Shown here piece by piece: positions 10,600-24,298 of a DNA stretch of 64,000 nt (position 1 is its first letter; the number at the start of each line of letters is the position of its first letter). Position numbers and translations under genes: made by a program. The DNA is from Octopus vulgaris (Eukaryota). The notes beneath the pieces were generated by a model. It was given only the letters and a program-made list of their open reading frames with translations. It had not been told where the DNA came from and ran no database searches. The stretch spans positions 65,844,001 through 65,908,000 of the forward strand of contig OX597823.1 in the NCBI GenBank assembly GCA_951406725.2, given 5' to 3'.

Positions 10600-11060
10600 A
10601 GGATACACATCTTAGAAGAACAGAATGGAATAAGTGAAGCAAGAACACACGAAAACGAAACATGTTGCTGAAGAGGTGACAGATGTGTGACGAAAGATTT
10701 CCAATGATAACTGCATTGGCTTGTAGGATTGGCCCTGGCATTAATTGTAGAACTAGAAATGTAGTTTACAGCATAAGATGCACAGATATTACTTGTAAAG
10801 AAATGAACATGACATACATAGTGGAGACATCTAGGAGCATTGCAGAACGACTAAATGACCATTTGGGATAATATGACAACAAACAACAATCCTCCATAGC
10901 CTACCAACATACCAAGGACCAACATGGAAGGAACCTGGGTCAACTTGACATTCGCATCTTATCCAAGCACCCAAAGGACCCAACACTCAGACACATACGG
11001 GAGTACGTCCTCATAAATGAAACTTCCCTAATACTAAATAGGAAATTACATAGTAGATAC
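10600..11060 (+). pseudogene. Penelope-like element GIY-YIG endonuclease remnant
   Basis: ORF 10683-10871 INCRTRNVVYSIRCTDITCKEMNMTYIVETSRSIAERLNDH matches the VVY..C..C..YIGET.R....R..H pattern; continues past a stop with IAYQH..DQH and DIRILSK. Confidence 0.75.
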
Positions 11061-12589
11061 CATACCCCCATACACATAGTTTACACAGGTAGAGTAGAAT
11101 AGTTACTGGGCTGTAGATAGAAGTATGTATGTGTGTGTGGGGGGGGGGGAGTATGTATATATGTATATGCACATGTATGTAAGCATATGGATCTGAAAGT
11201 AAACAGATCAACATACAGACGGATAGGTACATAGGTTATATGAACAGACAAGCACATTTACGCAAATGAAGACTGAAACACATGACCATATACACACACA
11301 CACACACACTTTACTTTACACAAGGACACATATGGAGACTCACGTCCACACATATAGAGATGCACATCCACTCATACAAACACGGTATATAGTTGCAAAA
11401 TACATACACACACTTAGACATGCACATACAAGGAGACAGTGGTGCACACACGCACATATACGAACACACACACATACACACGAACATGCAAACATATGAA
11501 TATCCAGAATACATACATACAAATGTACACATATAGATAAATATATAGATATGCACACACACATACATGTATACACATCTTCATACATACATGCATGCTT
11601 GTATAGGCACACATACACACAAACTGATCCACGCACATGTGCACAAACAAACAAAAAGGAGCGCAGTGTGAGTAACGGACAGATTCAAATCTATTGAAAA
11701 TGTTGCACGACGTAACGAAAACTTTAGAAAATTAAAAAGGAATAAGGGGAAATTTTACCGGCGAGTGTATTACATTATAATGCACCAAAAGAGAATTACT
11801 CTCCCCACACACAGCAGAATATACTTCAACACACGAACTCACAGAAAGATTCTTGCAAACCAAATCCCAAAACGAAATATATATATATATATATACATCA
11901 TAATGCGTACACATGAGATACATTTGTGAGTCCAGAAGGCAATGAATGAATTGTAGTTCCAAATTGCATTTATTGTAATTATTTCTATGCCAAAAGATTT
12001 TCGTCTTAAACACTTGAAAATCTATTTAGTGAGTAACGTCGATTATACCTAGAAGCCAAATCTTATTTAGTCACAGCATATTAATACTCTACATTTTGAA
12101 GGTGTTTGATTCCTAATCACAAGGTTATTCATACAGTTTGGTTTCAATGATTTTAACATGATTTCTGTTGATTGGTTTGTTGAGCAAGTTTTAACGTTTA
12201 GATATACTGTAACGATAATTGGATATGGAATTACGATTTCCTTTACTGAAAATGTGTGCTGATACGTTGACCGATATCACCGATTAACTGGAAGAACATC
12301 GTTCACCTGTTGACCTACTGGAATACTTTACTCTCTTACTATATACTACACACAACAATTTGAGAATATCGTCTTGAACACTTATCTATAAATGCTATCA
12401 GAATTGATTAAATTTGCAGAAATTTTAGCAGCGTAGACTAGATTCCAAGCACCTTTTATATATTAGTGAATGAAAACAAAAAAGAAATTATGTGATATTC
12501 ATTCATATCCTTCCTTAGGATTTTAGTTTCAGAAATTAATGAAGCATTATAAATATGACTGCATAGTTAAGCATCTTACATTGCAGTTA

Positions 12590-12920
12590 GGTGGACTCGG
12601 GTGCGATCAAATTGCAAAGAACCTTAGATGACTTCTTTGCTCTTGTGTTTTCCAAATTGGGTATTCGAAATTCGGTAGGCAGAAATCGTTAGGAATCTCG
12701 TTTGTAATCGTCCCTATTCTTGGGCTAATAGAATTATTTCACTTGCCAGTTTAACGCCATCAACTAAACCTTGTGCGTCATCTATGATGCAGTAATTCGA
12801 GCTATTGAAATGTGTTTTAGTTTGAACGAAAAGTGATGACTGTGAACCATTGCAGGGACTCTGAGAATGGTTGGAGGTGAGAGCGAAACGCCTCCTCAAA
12901 TCAAAAATATCACCCAAATA
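12590..12920 (-). pseudogene. Possible highly decayed DNA-transposase C-terminus (hAT-like)
   Basis: IIDDAQGLVDGVKLASEIILLAQE*GRLQ loosely resembles the VND.AERGVKL..DF...A..E...Q ending of some invertebrate transposases; weak. Confidence 0.25.
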
Positions 12921-15651
12921 TTTTCAACAGATTGTACGCTTTAAAAAGAAACTATTAAAGTGTCAGGTAGCAGTGTTATGTTCATCTACGGTTGAAGACT
13001 ACCGCCCAGTTAGGCTGTGGCAATATTTGTCCCCAAAACGGATAGATCAGGGGCAAATATTACAATGAACCTGGGCCAATATTCTTACAGCCCCATTAAT
13101 TTACTGCCGTGGGTTGTTACATTATTTTGTTATCACTCCTGAATTTATGAAATGCAAGGATGACCATAGACCATAGAACTAATCCCTGAAGATTTAGTGA
13201 CATGATTCTGCCAATTCGAGGCTTAACATGGGATATAGAAAGATGAACGAAGATAAGATTATAGTAAAACCTTATCGAAGAATGTTGTAATGAAATGAGA
13301 GTTGAAGAGATGTTTTCTAAATTTGTACATTTTTATCTATATCAACCAACGTATGAAAATGCTACCAGACACCAGCAATTTTACAAGGGTAGATTACGAG
13401 CAACAATGCAGTGGGAGACACGTAGAGTTACTGATCCCTCTGTCATAGGAGCTCTAACTCAACCAATTCCAGTATGAATCCCGTTTGAGGATCATTCACA
13501 CCACTCTTCTCCAGGCTTGGATATCTTAAAAAGTGTTGTGATTGAGCGCATCATTTCCACCACTCATTAAACGTTTTAAACAATTAGGGACTTGCTTTAA
13601 TTTAGAGAGTTTGCTAAATTTAATTAAAACATCTTTCATCAATATTTTGATATTCATATACAGAAAATTATGAAAGAGTAAAAGAAAACATTGTAAATTT
13701 ATATAAATACCACAACAGGAAAGTTCATGTGATTGCTTAATATTTATCGATAATTAAGTTGTGATGGACACACTTGTTGAATGAGAAACAACTTTTGATT
13801 AATTTAGCTTTTAATTCATAGGAGTACTATTGTATCCACCCTGGAGAGGTGTTTGTCAAGTACAACGATTGTAGAATTATAATTCCGTTGTGAATATTGT
13901 CTACATCTATTGTTCTTGACAAGTTAATGTATGTGCTATAATGATACAAACATTAAGATGAATCGAACAACAAATGATAGATGCACTATAAACAAACGAA
14001 TGACGAGATAAGAAATGAAAGACCAATACGAAAATATACTCACAGTATTTGCAACTGGTAGAGTTAGCTACATGTTGTGAAACAACGCATTTACTGCCGC
14101 TTCTCTTTCGTTCGTATCTTCCCAATTCTCTGATACCAAACTTGAAAATGTAATACTGAACTCACTTTTTTTCCTATGACCAAAGGTTACCATTGAAATG
14201 TTGCAGTGTAAAAAGTAACTTGATGGCATTTCGCCTCGTTAGTTTCAGAATTCCACTGTCACTGAAACTCATGTGAATTATCATACCTTTTCTTCATAAA
14301 TAATTTGCTAAAATTAAAGTACCTTGCAGATTAAAACAATATTAGAATTTCAATTACAGGTTGATTGGTATTGACGTCTTTACTATTTAGCGGTGGGACG
14401 TGAAGATAACATTTCTCATATTTTCTAACGTTTAAAGACTCCCTTTCTTTCTAGTGAAAAAGACAGTGTCCAGTTGAGCAGAGGAGTGGCACAAGGGTAA
14501 ATGTACTTGTTCTCTTAATTGCATCTTTTTATATTTTGAAATACTTTGCTTCCTTCCGAACCGATAGTTACTTTCGTTTGTAGTCAATTATTAAGGAAAT
14601 ATCTGCTGTTGTGACTTAGATTCAAGCTTTCCTTCATTTTCTGTCACTATAATAAAGGAAAAAGAAATACTTCTGCTGTATACTACACAACTTTTATTTC
14701 AGGTTTAGGCTTTATAATAATACATTTTTAGCAGACGCAACAAAATCTGACCCACAGAAGTGTTATCTTTTCGACGTGCCTTTTCTACCGCTCCTCTCAA
14801 CTTTGCTCTTCCTGAGATTTGTATGGTCTTATATACTGTAGCATACAAGACCTACTCGTCTTTGCGCTATTCATCTTCAGACTTGCAATGACGTTCAGTA
14901 CTTCGTTACTTCACAGAATATCCACCCTCAGGTATCTATTCATTGCTTATATTTTCCCCATACGTGTCAATGTTCAACGATTTTTTTAAACGGATCATCA
15001 ACAGTATGGATATCTTCGGTTTCAGATTGTCTCAAAGGCTATGGATATTGGACGCTCTTCTAGAATTAGTAAGTAAAAACTTAATTTACAGAGAAGGATT
15101 TCATAGAAATTTGACTGTGTGCTTCAGGTGAGTGATACGGACTCCATTTCTCATCTGCCAAAATCCCCAATTGCAGCTACTCGATAATAAAGAAAATTTG
15201 ATTTGTAGAATTTGAAAATAAAAGGATGAATAACTTTGGAAATCTATATATTTCTTCTCATTTACATCTTTGACTGTTATGAATCTGAAGCATAATTTCG
15301 GATATACAATAGCATTGAATGTCAGATTCTTAATGTATTTCTTCTTTCATACTAAGGCGCCCTTGCATGTCAGTTGTTGTTTGGATAATTTTCTGCAAAC
15401 TCTATCTTTGAAATATTGAAGATATGGGAAATTGTCTTCGCTACGACCGGAATTAGTTTCCTTTATTCGGAATTATTTCATGTATTCAGTATTATAATCT
15501 CTACCCACACAATACATTCACAACAACACACACACGCACACACAGAGTCATACCCACAGACACTTGAGCGCATATGCTCATGAAAGGAAATATAATTGCA
15601 TATTTCTTTTCAATTCAATACTGTTCGCAAACCGATTCACATACACGATTA

Positions 15652-15708
15652 TTATATATAGATTCTAATGATCGATGTGACACATCGATCATTAGAATGT
15701 ATATATAA
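15652..15708. repeat. 57 bp near-perfect palindrome
   Basis: ttatatatagattctaatgatcgatgtg-a-cacatcgatcattagaatgtatatataa, one mismatch. Confidence 0.9.
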
Positions 15709-16140
15709 CAATGCTGTGCGTTAATGTTGGTACATTAACGACAACATATGATTAATATTTATACTATAGATTCCGGTGTTTAGGAAAGCAACGTTAACCC
15801 ATCCAACCCAGATCTGAACTCACAACTCAGAAATACAACACGATATACTCTACAACGTTTAGATCTTTGTTCTAACCTTTGTATCTCCCTAGAAAATTAA
15901 CTCTAGTTTAATAATTATTTCGGAAAATACGGAAGTAATTTCGGATATGTTCCTGTTTAAGTGTGAGGCAAATGGTTTAGGTCAAATGTTCAATACCTGG
16001 CTAAAATTTCTTTCACAAACTAAATAAAGTCCTCGATATTTCGGTAAATAAGTGTGAAATATCATATGAATAGAATAATTGCAAATCACCATAGGATAAA
16101 CACATTACACATTTTAATATCTTATTATGAATTCTGAGCG

Positions 16141-16350
16141 GAGGCGGCAAGCTGGTGGAGTCGTTACCGCGCCGGGCAAAATGTTTAGCGTCATTTTATT
16201 GCCTTTACACACTGAGCTCGAATTCCGTCGAAGTCGATTTTTGCCTTTCATACTTTCGATAAAATAAGTACCAGTTTGAGCCCTGGCGTCACTGTAATTG
16301 ATATACCCTTTACTTTGAAATTGCTGGCCTTGTGCCAAAAGTCTGAAAGG
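16141..16350 (+). mobile_element. SINE family A, diverged copy
   Basis: ggcggcaagctggtggagtcgttacc head and ttgcctttcatactttcgataaaataagtaccag domain. Confidence 0.7.
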
Positions 16351-17378
16351 GCTTCACGAACGTTTGGAACAAAGTGACTTTAAAACCCTTACAGTCGTGA
16401 CCGATTTATGCAACGAAGTCAAATACATGCTAAATTGGAAAATAATAAAACTCAAATCAGGCAAGCAAAGAAGCAGTGTCTTTTTCATGGGTGGGCAGGG
16501 AAAATAGTAAAAATACTTGTCTAAGTTACCTAGAGAAGAAGCAACTGAATAAAGTTGAGAATATTAAATTAAATATAGTTACCGAAATCATACATCACCG
16601 CACGTAAGAATCTTACAATTCACAAGCACAATTCATGTAATACATTCTCCACACACATAATATACTGTCACTTAAAAATAGAATAATGCAACAGACGTAT
16701 CTCCGCTCATAATCCTCTACAAACAATATAATCCTTGCACACGTGCCTCACTTTACAAAGACCCCAGGCAATGATATACCAGAATATATTCTCTTAAGAT
16801 AATAGATATATGATACTATCATAGAAGCAACTCACACATCACACATACTATTCTGTTGCTCACCTATAATTTCACACAACCGCAGCAGTGGCGTTTAGCC
16901 GTCGTTCACCAGTGAGTACAACCTCATAATTTGTACTACTCCTTCGCCAGTTGTTTTAGGTGACTAAACACGGACATTGTTCTAGCCTCTCTCGCAAACA
17001 AAAACAAATAAAGCAATCTTGTGTATGATAACCAAAGGAAAACAGTGCTGCGTCAGTAGTCGATGGATATTCGTTTTCGAATATTCTTTTGTAGGATCGA
17101 AGTGAATTTATATGCCTTGACCAAGGATCCAACATGTCCCCCAATCTAAATAGGAAACGAAACCATGACTCCACAGTCGAAGTCTCCCAGCCTAACTACT
17201 AGGTCACAGGCCTTTTCATCAAACGCAACATAATTACCATTTGTCATTAAATCAACACACGCCATACTTACCAAAATTAGCATCCAATAAAAATACGAAA
17301 GAAAAAAGGCTCCACAAAAACCACAACACAGCAGAAAAGCGTAACGCACATTGTAAGTGTTAGATATACGCAAGCGAA

Positions 17379-17796
17379 GGCGGCGAGCTGGCAGAATCGT
17401 TAGCACGCCAGGCGAAATGCTTACCGATATTTCGTCTGTCGTTAAGTTCTGAGTTCAAATTCCGCGGAGGTCGACTTTGCCTTTTATCCTTTCGGGGACG
17501 ATTAAATAAGTACCAGTTGCACACTCGGGTCGATGTAATCGACGACTTAATCCATTTGTTTGTCCTTGTTTGTCCTCTCTGTGTTTAGCCCCTTGTGGGT
17601 AGTAAAGAAATAGGTATTTCGTCTGCCGCTACGTTCTTAGTTCAAATTCCGCCGAGGTTGACTTTGCTTTTCATCCTTTCGAGGTCGATTAAATAAGTAC
17701 CAGTTACATATTGGGGTCGATATAATCGACTTAATCAGTCCGTCTGTCCTTGTTTGTCTCCTCTGTGTTTAGCCCCTTGTGGGTAGTAAAGAAATA
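17379..17796 (+). mobile_element. SINE family A, dimeric copy (head plus two body units)
   Basis: Head 17379-17430; unit tatttcgtctg...gagttcaaattcc...aagtaccag...ccccttgtgggtagtaaagaaata occurs twice. Confidence 0.85.
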
Positions 17797-18229
17797 TGTA
17801 TACACAACAGACACAACATTAAAGGAATAAGAGAAACAACAACACAAAATCTATAAAAAAAAAATAAATGTAATACTACACCCTGTTCTGACAACGATTC
17901 TCAGACCGCAGTTACCTGAAGAAGCAGAAATTCGTGAGCAAAGATTTTTTTGAAAATGTGGATAATAATAATTATAGTAGTAGAAATCAATATTTCCATT
18001 ATTGGTACAAGACCAGTAATCTTGAGGGTTTAGTCAATTATATTGACCCACTACTTAACTGGTGCATTATTTTATCGACGCCAACAAGATAAAAGGTGAG
18101 GTTGACATCGATAATGTGACAAGCTAGTAGAATCGTTTGCGCCTTGGCAGAAACAGATTTGCAGCAATTCCTCCATCTCTGAGTTCTTGTTTTCTTCTAT
18201 TTCAACTCATTTGAACTTGTAACAGCAAC

Positions 18230-18241
18230 AACAACAACAAC

Positions 18242-18315
<74 letters not shown>

Positions 18316-18342
18316 TAATGATAATATATATTGCTTTTTATT

Positions 18343-18395
<53 letters not shown>

Positions 18396-18397
18396 TA
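18230..18397. repeat. (CAA)n(TAA)n followed by oppositely oriented (TTA)n
   Basis: Direct inspection; the two tracts are complementary. Confidence 0.9.
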
Positions 18398-19651
18398 ATA
18401 AAGACAAAAAGAAGACGAAGAGGAAAAACACAAAGGGGCTATGTACCAAGAATAATAGAAGACGTGGACTTATTAAAAGCATAATCAGTGACTGACTGTT
18501 AATGAATTCAACTACTTTTGGTCTCCTGAATTGTTTAACAAAAATGGTAAACTATATGTCACACACAGAAATTTAACATGCATATGCATAATGAACTCAA
18601 CAAAGTTTAATAACATTTCAGAAGCAGTAAACAACAGAAAAATATATTTTAGAATTGAACATGAAACGAAAGCTAAAAGAGGAAGTCACATAAACAATAA
18701 GACAGGAATGAAAGCGATATATCTTACCAAAAAGCACATGTATTCTGCTATATTAGATCTACGAATGCTTCTTTTATTATATGTTATTCGACAGAAATAC
18801 TTGAATACTTCGTAGAAGTCAAACGAATATGGTGAAACTAAACAGACACAAGAATCGAAATAGAAACATTTGGAAGATATATGATAGAAATATGTCACTT
18901 TCAAATAGAAGGAAACAAGAATCACAATGTAGCCACACAAAGAAAAGCACAATGTAAAAGTAGAAATTATGTAATATATGGACACACGAAACGAAGTTTC
19001 TATTAAAAGAAACCCGAATTTGAAATCCCTTGCAATCAATTGTGTATGCGTAGCAGAAGTGCCTCACATTTAAAAATAATACTTGTCGTAGAAAAGTTTC
19101 ACTAGCATCATGATATTTTGCTAGGCCTATTTTGAGAAAGGTGACGGAAATAGAGGAATTTATACTCTAATCTGAGACCTCACAAATTCTGGCAACATAA
19201 TGGAGTCTGCTATGCAAACATACAAATATCAGACTGTATTATGAAACGGCACAACTTATTGCATCTACCATTTGAAAGACAGAATACTGCAAACCAACGT
19301 ACACATAGGCTGTCAACCTATCAATAGATGATTTGTGAGTATCTCGACTCTAACAGAGTTTGCACACTCCCGAAGAAAACGAAAATCGTATGCTATAACT
19401 AGAATTGACGTCACGGAACAACTGAGTCAATTTGCATTGTAAAAAAATACTTATCTGGATATACAATATTCAGGGGAAAAAACATTGCTTATCGATTCCT
19501 TATTGGATTGAGGAAATTGGTCGAACTTTGGCTGATCCTGAAACTGGTTGCTTTATGTGACACAATGAGCATTGCATGACGTTCAACTTTTTCCCGTTTT
19601 CTCAAAGCATCTAAAAGTTTAATGGTGGCAGATTATGTCAAACAACACAGA

Positions 19652-19713
19652 AGTACCCAGGGGGTACATTTAGTACCCAGAGGGTACATTTAGTACCGAG
19701 AGGGTACATTTAG
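19652..19713. repeat. Three tandem 20 bp units (agtacccagagggtacattt)
   Basis: Units at 19652, 19672, 19692; each has a small gtacc/ggtac dyad. Confidence 0.9.
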
Positions 19714-20002
19714 ACTAAGACACTCTCCATGTGGTTTGCAGCTGTTGTAAAAATAGCAGGCAAATCTGCCTCAAATTACACCTACCCGAATTCATAACAA
19801 TGGACATTTTGGAGAATGCAGTTGTAGGTGTTTGATAAAATGCTTTTGTCATGTTCAATCAGAGCTGATTTGGGGCTAGAAAACAAAAACAAAAGCAATG
19901 GGTTGAGCTGGAAGAATGGCAGGGAATACCTGCTGAATATATCGTGTATTGGAATGCATTTCAGATTTATATGATTACAAACAAACTACATTGTAGTAGA
20001 GC

Positions 20003-20184
20003 TTGTCCAAGTAAATCTCCAGCGAGATAGGAAAATCTACACAAATGAGAAACTGTAATAAATCTGCAACATGAATGACAATAATAAACTTTCATGGTTT
20101 GTCCAAGTAAGTCTCCCGCGGGATACGAAAATTTACACAAACGAGAAACTGCAATATGAATGACAATAATAAACTTTCATCGTT
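20003..20184. repeat. Tandem duplication (~96 bp and ~85 bp units)
   Basis: ttgtccaagtaa...gagaaactg...atgaatgacaataataaactttcat starts at 20003 and 20099. Confidence 0.9.
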
Positions 20185-20413
20185 GTTCTATTTTACATCT
20201 ATCATTATCATTATTCAATTAGTTTGCAAATTTAAGCAATCGACTGCTTCATAAATCGTTCAGTCAGTCACTTAACCAGCTAGGTTTGTCTTTTTGTTGT
20301 CAATCGTGACCTCATCAATAACATGCCCTCTATACTCCAGATGTGTTCCAGTTTACAGATTCTACGTTTATACGCTGAGAAGATGAATGATATGAGTTTA
20401 AAAGAAGAGAGAA

Positions 20414-20465
<52 letters not shown>

Positions 20466-21816
20466 TCAGACAGATAGACAGATAGACATATAGACAGAGA
20501 CTGGTAAGATATTCAGGACTCAATATCAAGAATATATCATCGACATATAAGGAGATTTTAACGTAAAATCCTACATGCTTATATCTGTACGTACTTACAT
20601 ATTGGAAAGGGTGGATTTAGTATAGCCTTTGCTAAACGTCGACAAAAAGAGAACCTGTGGGGGCGTCTGAAAGAGTAGATACGAACTGGCCACAGTAATA
20701 TAGAAGGAGATGGCATACGCCTGTCAAGATAGTTCACTATAGAAGATGTCTAGATTGCGGTAAAAGAGAAAACAGGGTAAGGTAATTGAGTTTGAGAGGT
20801 AGTGGTGGGAACGTATTCCTAAATCGAACGGCCTTTATTCAGATCCGATGTACCGAATTTATTACTAGTGTCTAGTCTCAGGTCGGTCTTGATCAAGGAG
20901 GGCTATGATGAAAGCTTTTCCAACTGTGGCTGTCACTCATTTTACTTTCCTATACATTTTATTGAGTTATCATTTATTTGATACATTCGTTTCTATGACT
21001 AGGAACTTTTTGAGAATGATTTCAAAGATGTTTCCAGCCGGTCGAAAGACAACGGAGAAGTTATTTTCTTTGTTTGGCTCCAGTATGATGGTGCTGTGGA
21101 GACCATACTCTCACAAATTATGTCAGACCAATATTTCCGCAAACCAGAACATCATAAGCAACTGCACCATCTCTTTTAAGTTACAATAAATAACTATTAC
21201 TTATAAATCTGTACAAACATGCAGTTATACAAAAGATTGATCAGTAAATATATAAATATTCTATGTTTAAATTTGTTTCTGGCAGTTGCATAAACTGCTA
21301 TATTGCAATAGAAAGTATACATGGATATTGTAGATTATCATTTATTTTATGATTTTCTTTGAAGAATTAACAAACAATCTTTACTCATCTGCTTTGCATG
21401 GCGTGGCAAATTGTTGAATTATATTTTCAATACTTTTCCAGTAAATGAGATTCCTTTGAAAATAAATCTATATATTCTATTTGTCAATAACTGTATCATG
21501 CAAATACTTTTTTGTCTGCATTGTTTTTGAGAGGGGGGAGTTGTGACTTTCAGACAGATGCTACGAATTGTAAAAACAGGAAATACATAAAGTTTATTAT
21601 TCGGACAGATAACATTATTCAGATAACCATCTGCCCCTTTCAAATCGTATTTTAATATTTAAAGTTTTTGGTATACTAAATCTTCATATTAAATCTAATA
21701 TTCATAATATCGTTCAACATAATATATTTTATGTCATTCCTTTCCTTAGACAAAGAGGAAAAAGAGAGTAAGTTGCAAAGCTAGGAAAGTAGATCAAATA
21801 TGTATATATGGACAAG

Positions 21817-22447
<631 letters not shown>

Positions 22448-23386
22448 TGGATGCAAGTCAGTGGATGCAAGATCAGGTGGGTATTGTGCATGACGGAGAA
22501 CTTCCAACTCCAATTCTTATAGATTCGCCAATATCATTTTTGTGATTTGTGGTCTGAGGTTGTCTTGCAATACAATAAGACTGATCTAGGCTGTTTTTGT
22601 AAGTTTCTGCATCATTTGGTCCAGTTGGCTGCAGTATACTTCGGACGTGATTGATGAGACAGGTTTAATGAAATCATAATGGATCACACCTGCTCCAGAT
22701 CACCAAACACACAGCGTTAGCATCCTTTGATAAATTTTGCATTTCGGACTGTGTTTTGGTGGCTCGTCTTTGTCCAACCATTGTGCTGAACGTTCAGTGT
22801 TGTTGTGTTGTGTCCATTTTGAATCACATGGTACAATACGATTAAAAAATGACTCGTTTTGGAACCCACTTATCCAATTTTTTTCACTTCACCGATTTGA
22901 ACTAGGTGTGTCAATATTATTTGCTTGCTATAACCAAACAACAATGATCATTCTGAGGCATTTTGAGATGGATCTGACTCGACGGTGCATTATCCACCTT
23001 TTTTCTGGTCGACCACATTGTTCATTTGTGAGGTTAAAGTTACCAGAACGAAATTTTGCAAAACATTTTGATGCGGTCTGCTGTGTAATTGCAATGAAAT
23101 ACTCATTTAATATTCCGAGCTCCCTGTGATGCTGTATTTCCAATGAAGAACTCATACTTCAAAACTGTATGAATTTCCGTCTTATCCTTCTCTAAAAAAA
23201 TAGCAAAAACGATTTATAAATTGTGAAAAAGGCGCAAAATGAATAAAGAAATAGATGTCATCTTCCTAACAAAAAATAAGGATTGTCAAAATATGATAAT
23301 AATGCAAAATGAACAGCTGTTAAAGTTTACTATATAGCTTACTACATATTTCATACTTGGCGACCTACTATATATAATATGCAATA

Positions 23387-23423
<37 letters not shown>

Positions 23424-23922
23424 CAACGAAATCTTCATTTTATTTCCTTTGATCGTTTTTATAGAACTTCGTTTAATGGATTAATTCTTATAATGAACAT
23501 TTGCGTACATATATTCATACGGATATAAGAAATTCGTAAATAAGGTATGATAAAAAAGACATTGGAAACCCAGGAAATAATTCCCTTAGAGGAAGAAGTA
23601 AATTTTCATGCGGATAAATATTATATATATATATATGTGTGTATGTGTGTATGCGTGTGTGTGTGTGTGTGTGTGCGTGTGTGTGTGTGTGTGTGTTTGT
23701 ATATATATATTTGTTGAAATGGAAAGATGAATTATCTCGTTACGGATTATTCAAAAGTTTAACCGATACCTGGGTAGCAAAAATCACAGCAGAAAAAACA
23801 CGGTTGGAGTTATGACCATAGGGTGTTGCAACCGTGCGTTGGCGCGGATAATTGAAGTTTAATATAATTAGTGAATGGAAGAAATGGAGCTGAACGAAGA
23901 TTCTACAGAATTCCTTTTATTA

Positions 23923-24006
23923 CATTCTACACATGTTTCAAAGGCCACAAATTTCCAAATTCTGATTGAATAATGGGACCATATTGCAGCTTTCTCTTCA
24001 GGAAAA
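23923..24006 (-). ncRNA. Type I hammerhead ribozyme fold in a non-coding insert between microsatellites (~23711-24075)
   Basis: Minus strand ttttc-CTGAAGA-gaaagctgcaa...ttgtggccttt-GAAA-catgt-GTA-gaatg; helix II 10 of 11 pairs with G-U, helix I short. Confidence 0.7.
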
Positions 24007-24113
24007 TCCAGGAATTACGATGTCCAAACAAAACAAAGGCGCAGCAAGCAACACGAACAAGAACGCTCCCATGATGTGTGTGTATGTGTGTGTGTGTGTG
24101 TGTATTTGTGTAC

Positions 24114-24162
<49 letters not shown>

Positions 24163-24240
24163 GAAAAGATAAATCCGGAGAAGCACCTCACGCTAAGAAA
24201 TAGAGCAGTCTATATTCATTACTGGTGAAGGCCGGCTTAT

Positions 24241-24298
24241 ACGAACCTGGGTTTCTCGACATAAAGTGTACCTTTATGGCGTATCTTCAGACAGTAGG
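24241..24298 (-). ncRNA. Possible decayed hammerhead in insert 24160-24548
   Basis: CTGAAGA-tacgccataaag-gtaca-ctttatgtcga-GAAA-cccag-GTT; good helix II, but helix I does not pair cleanly. Confidence 0.4.

Noticed and set aside
10668-10702. ctgaaga...gaaa hammerhead-like word
   Set aside because: Helices I, II and III do not pair and it lies within the GIY-YIG coding remnant; treated as chance
19652-19713. Dyad-containing 20 bp repeats as a CRISPR array
   Set aside because: No spacers, eukaryotic context, no cas genes; simple minisatellite
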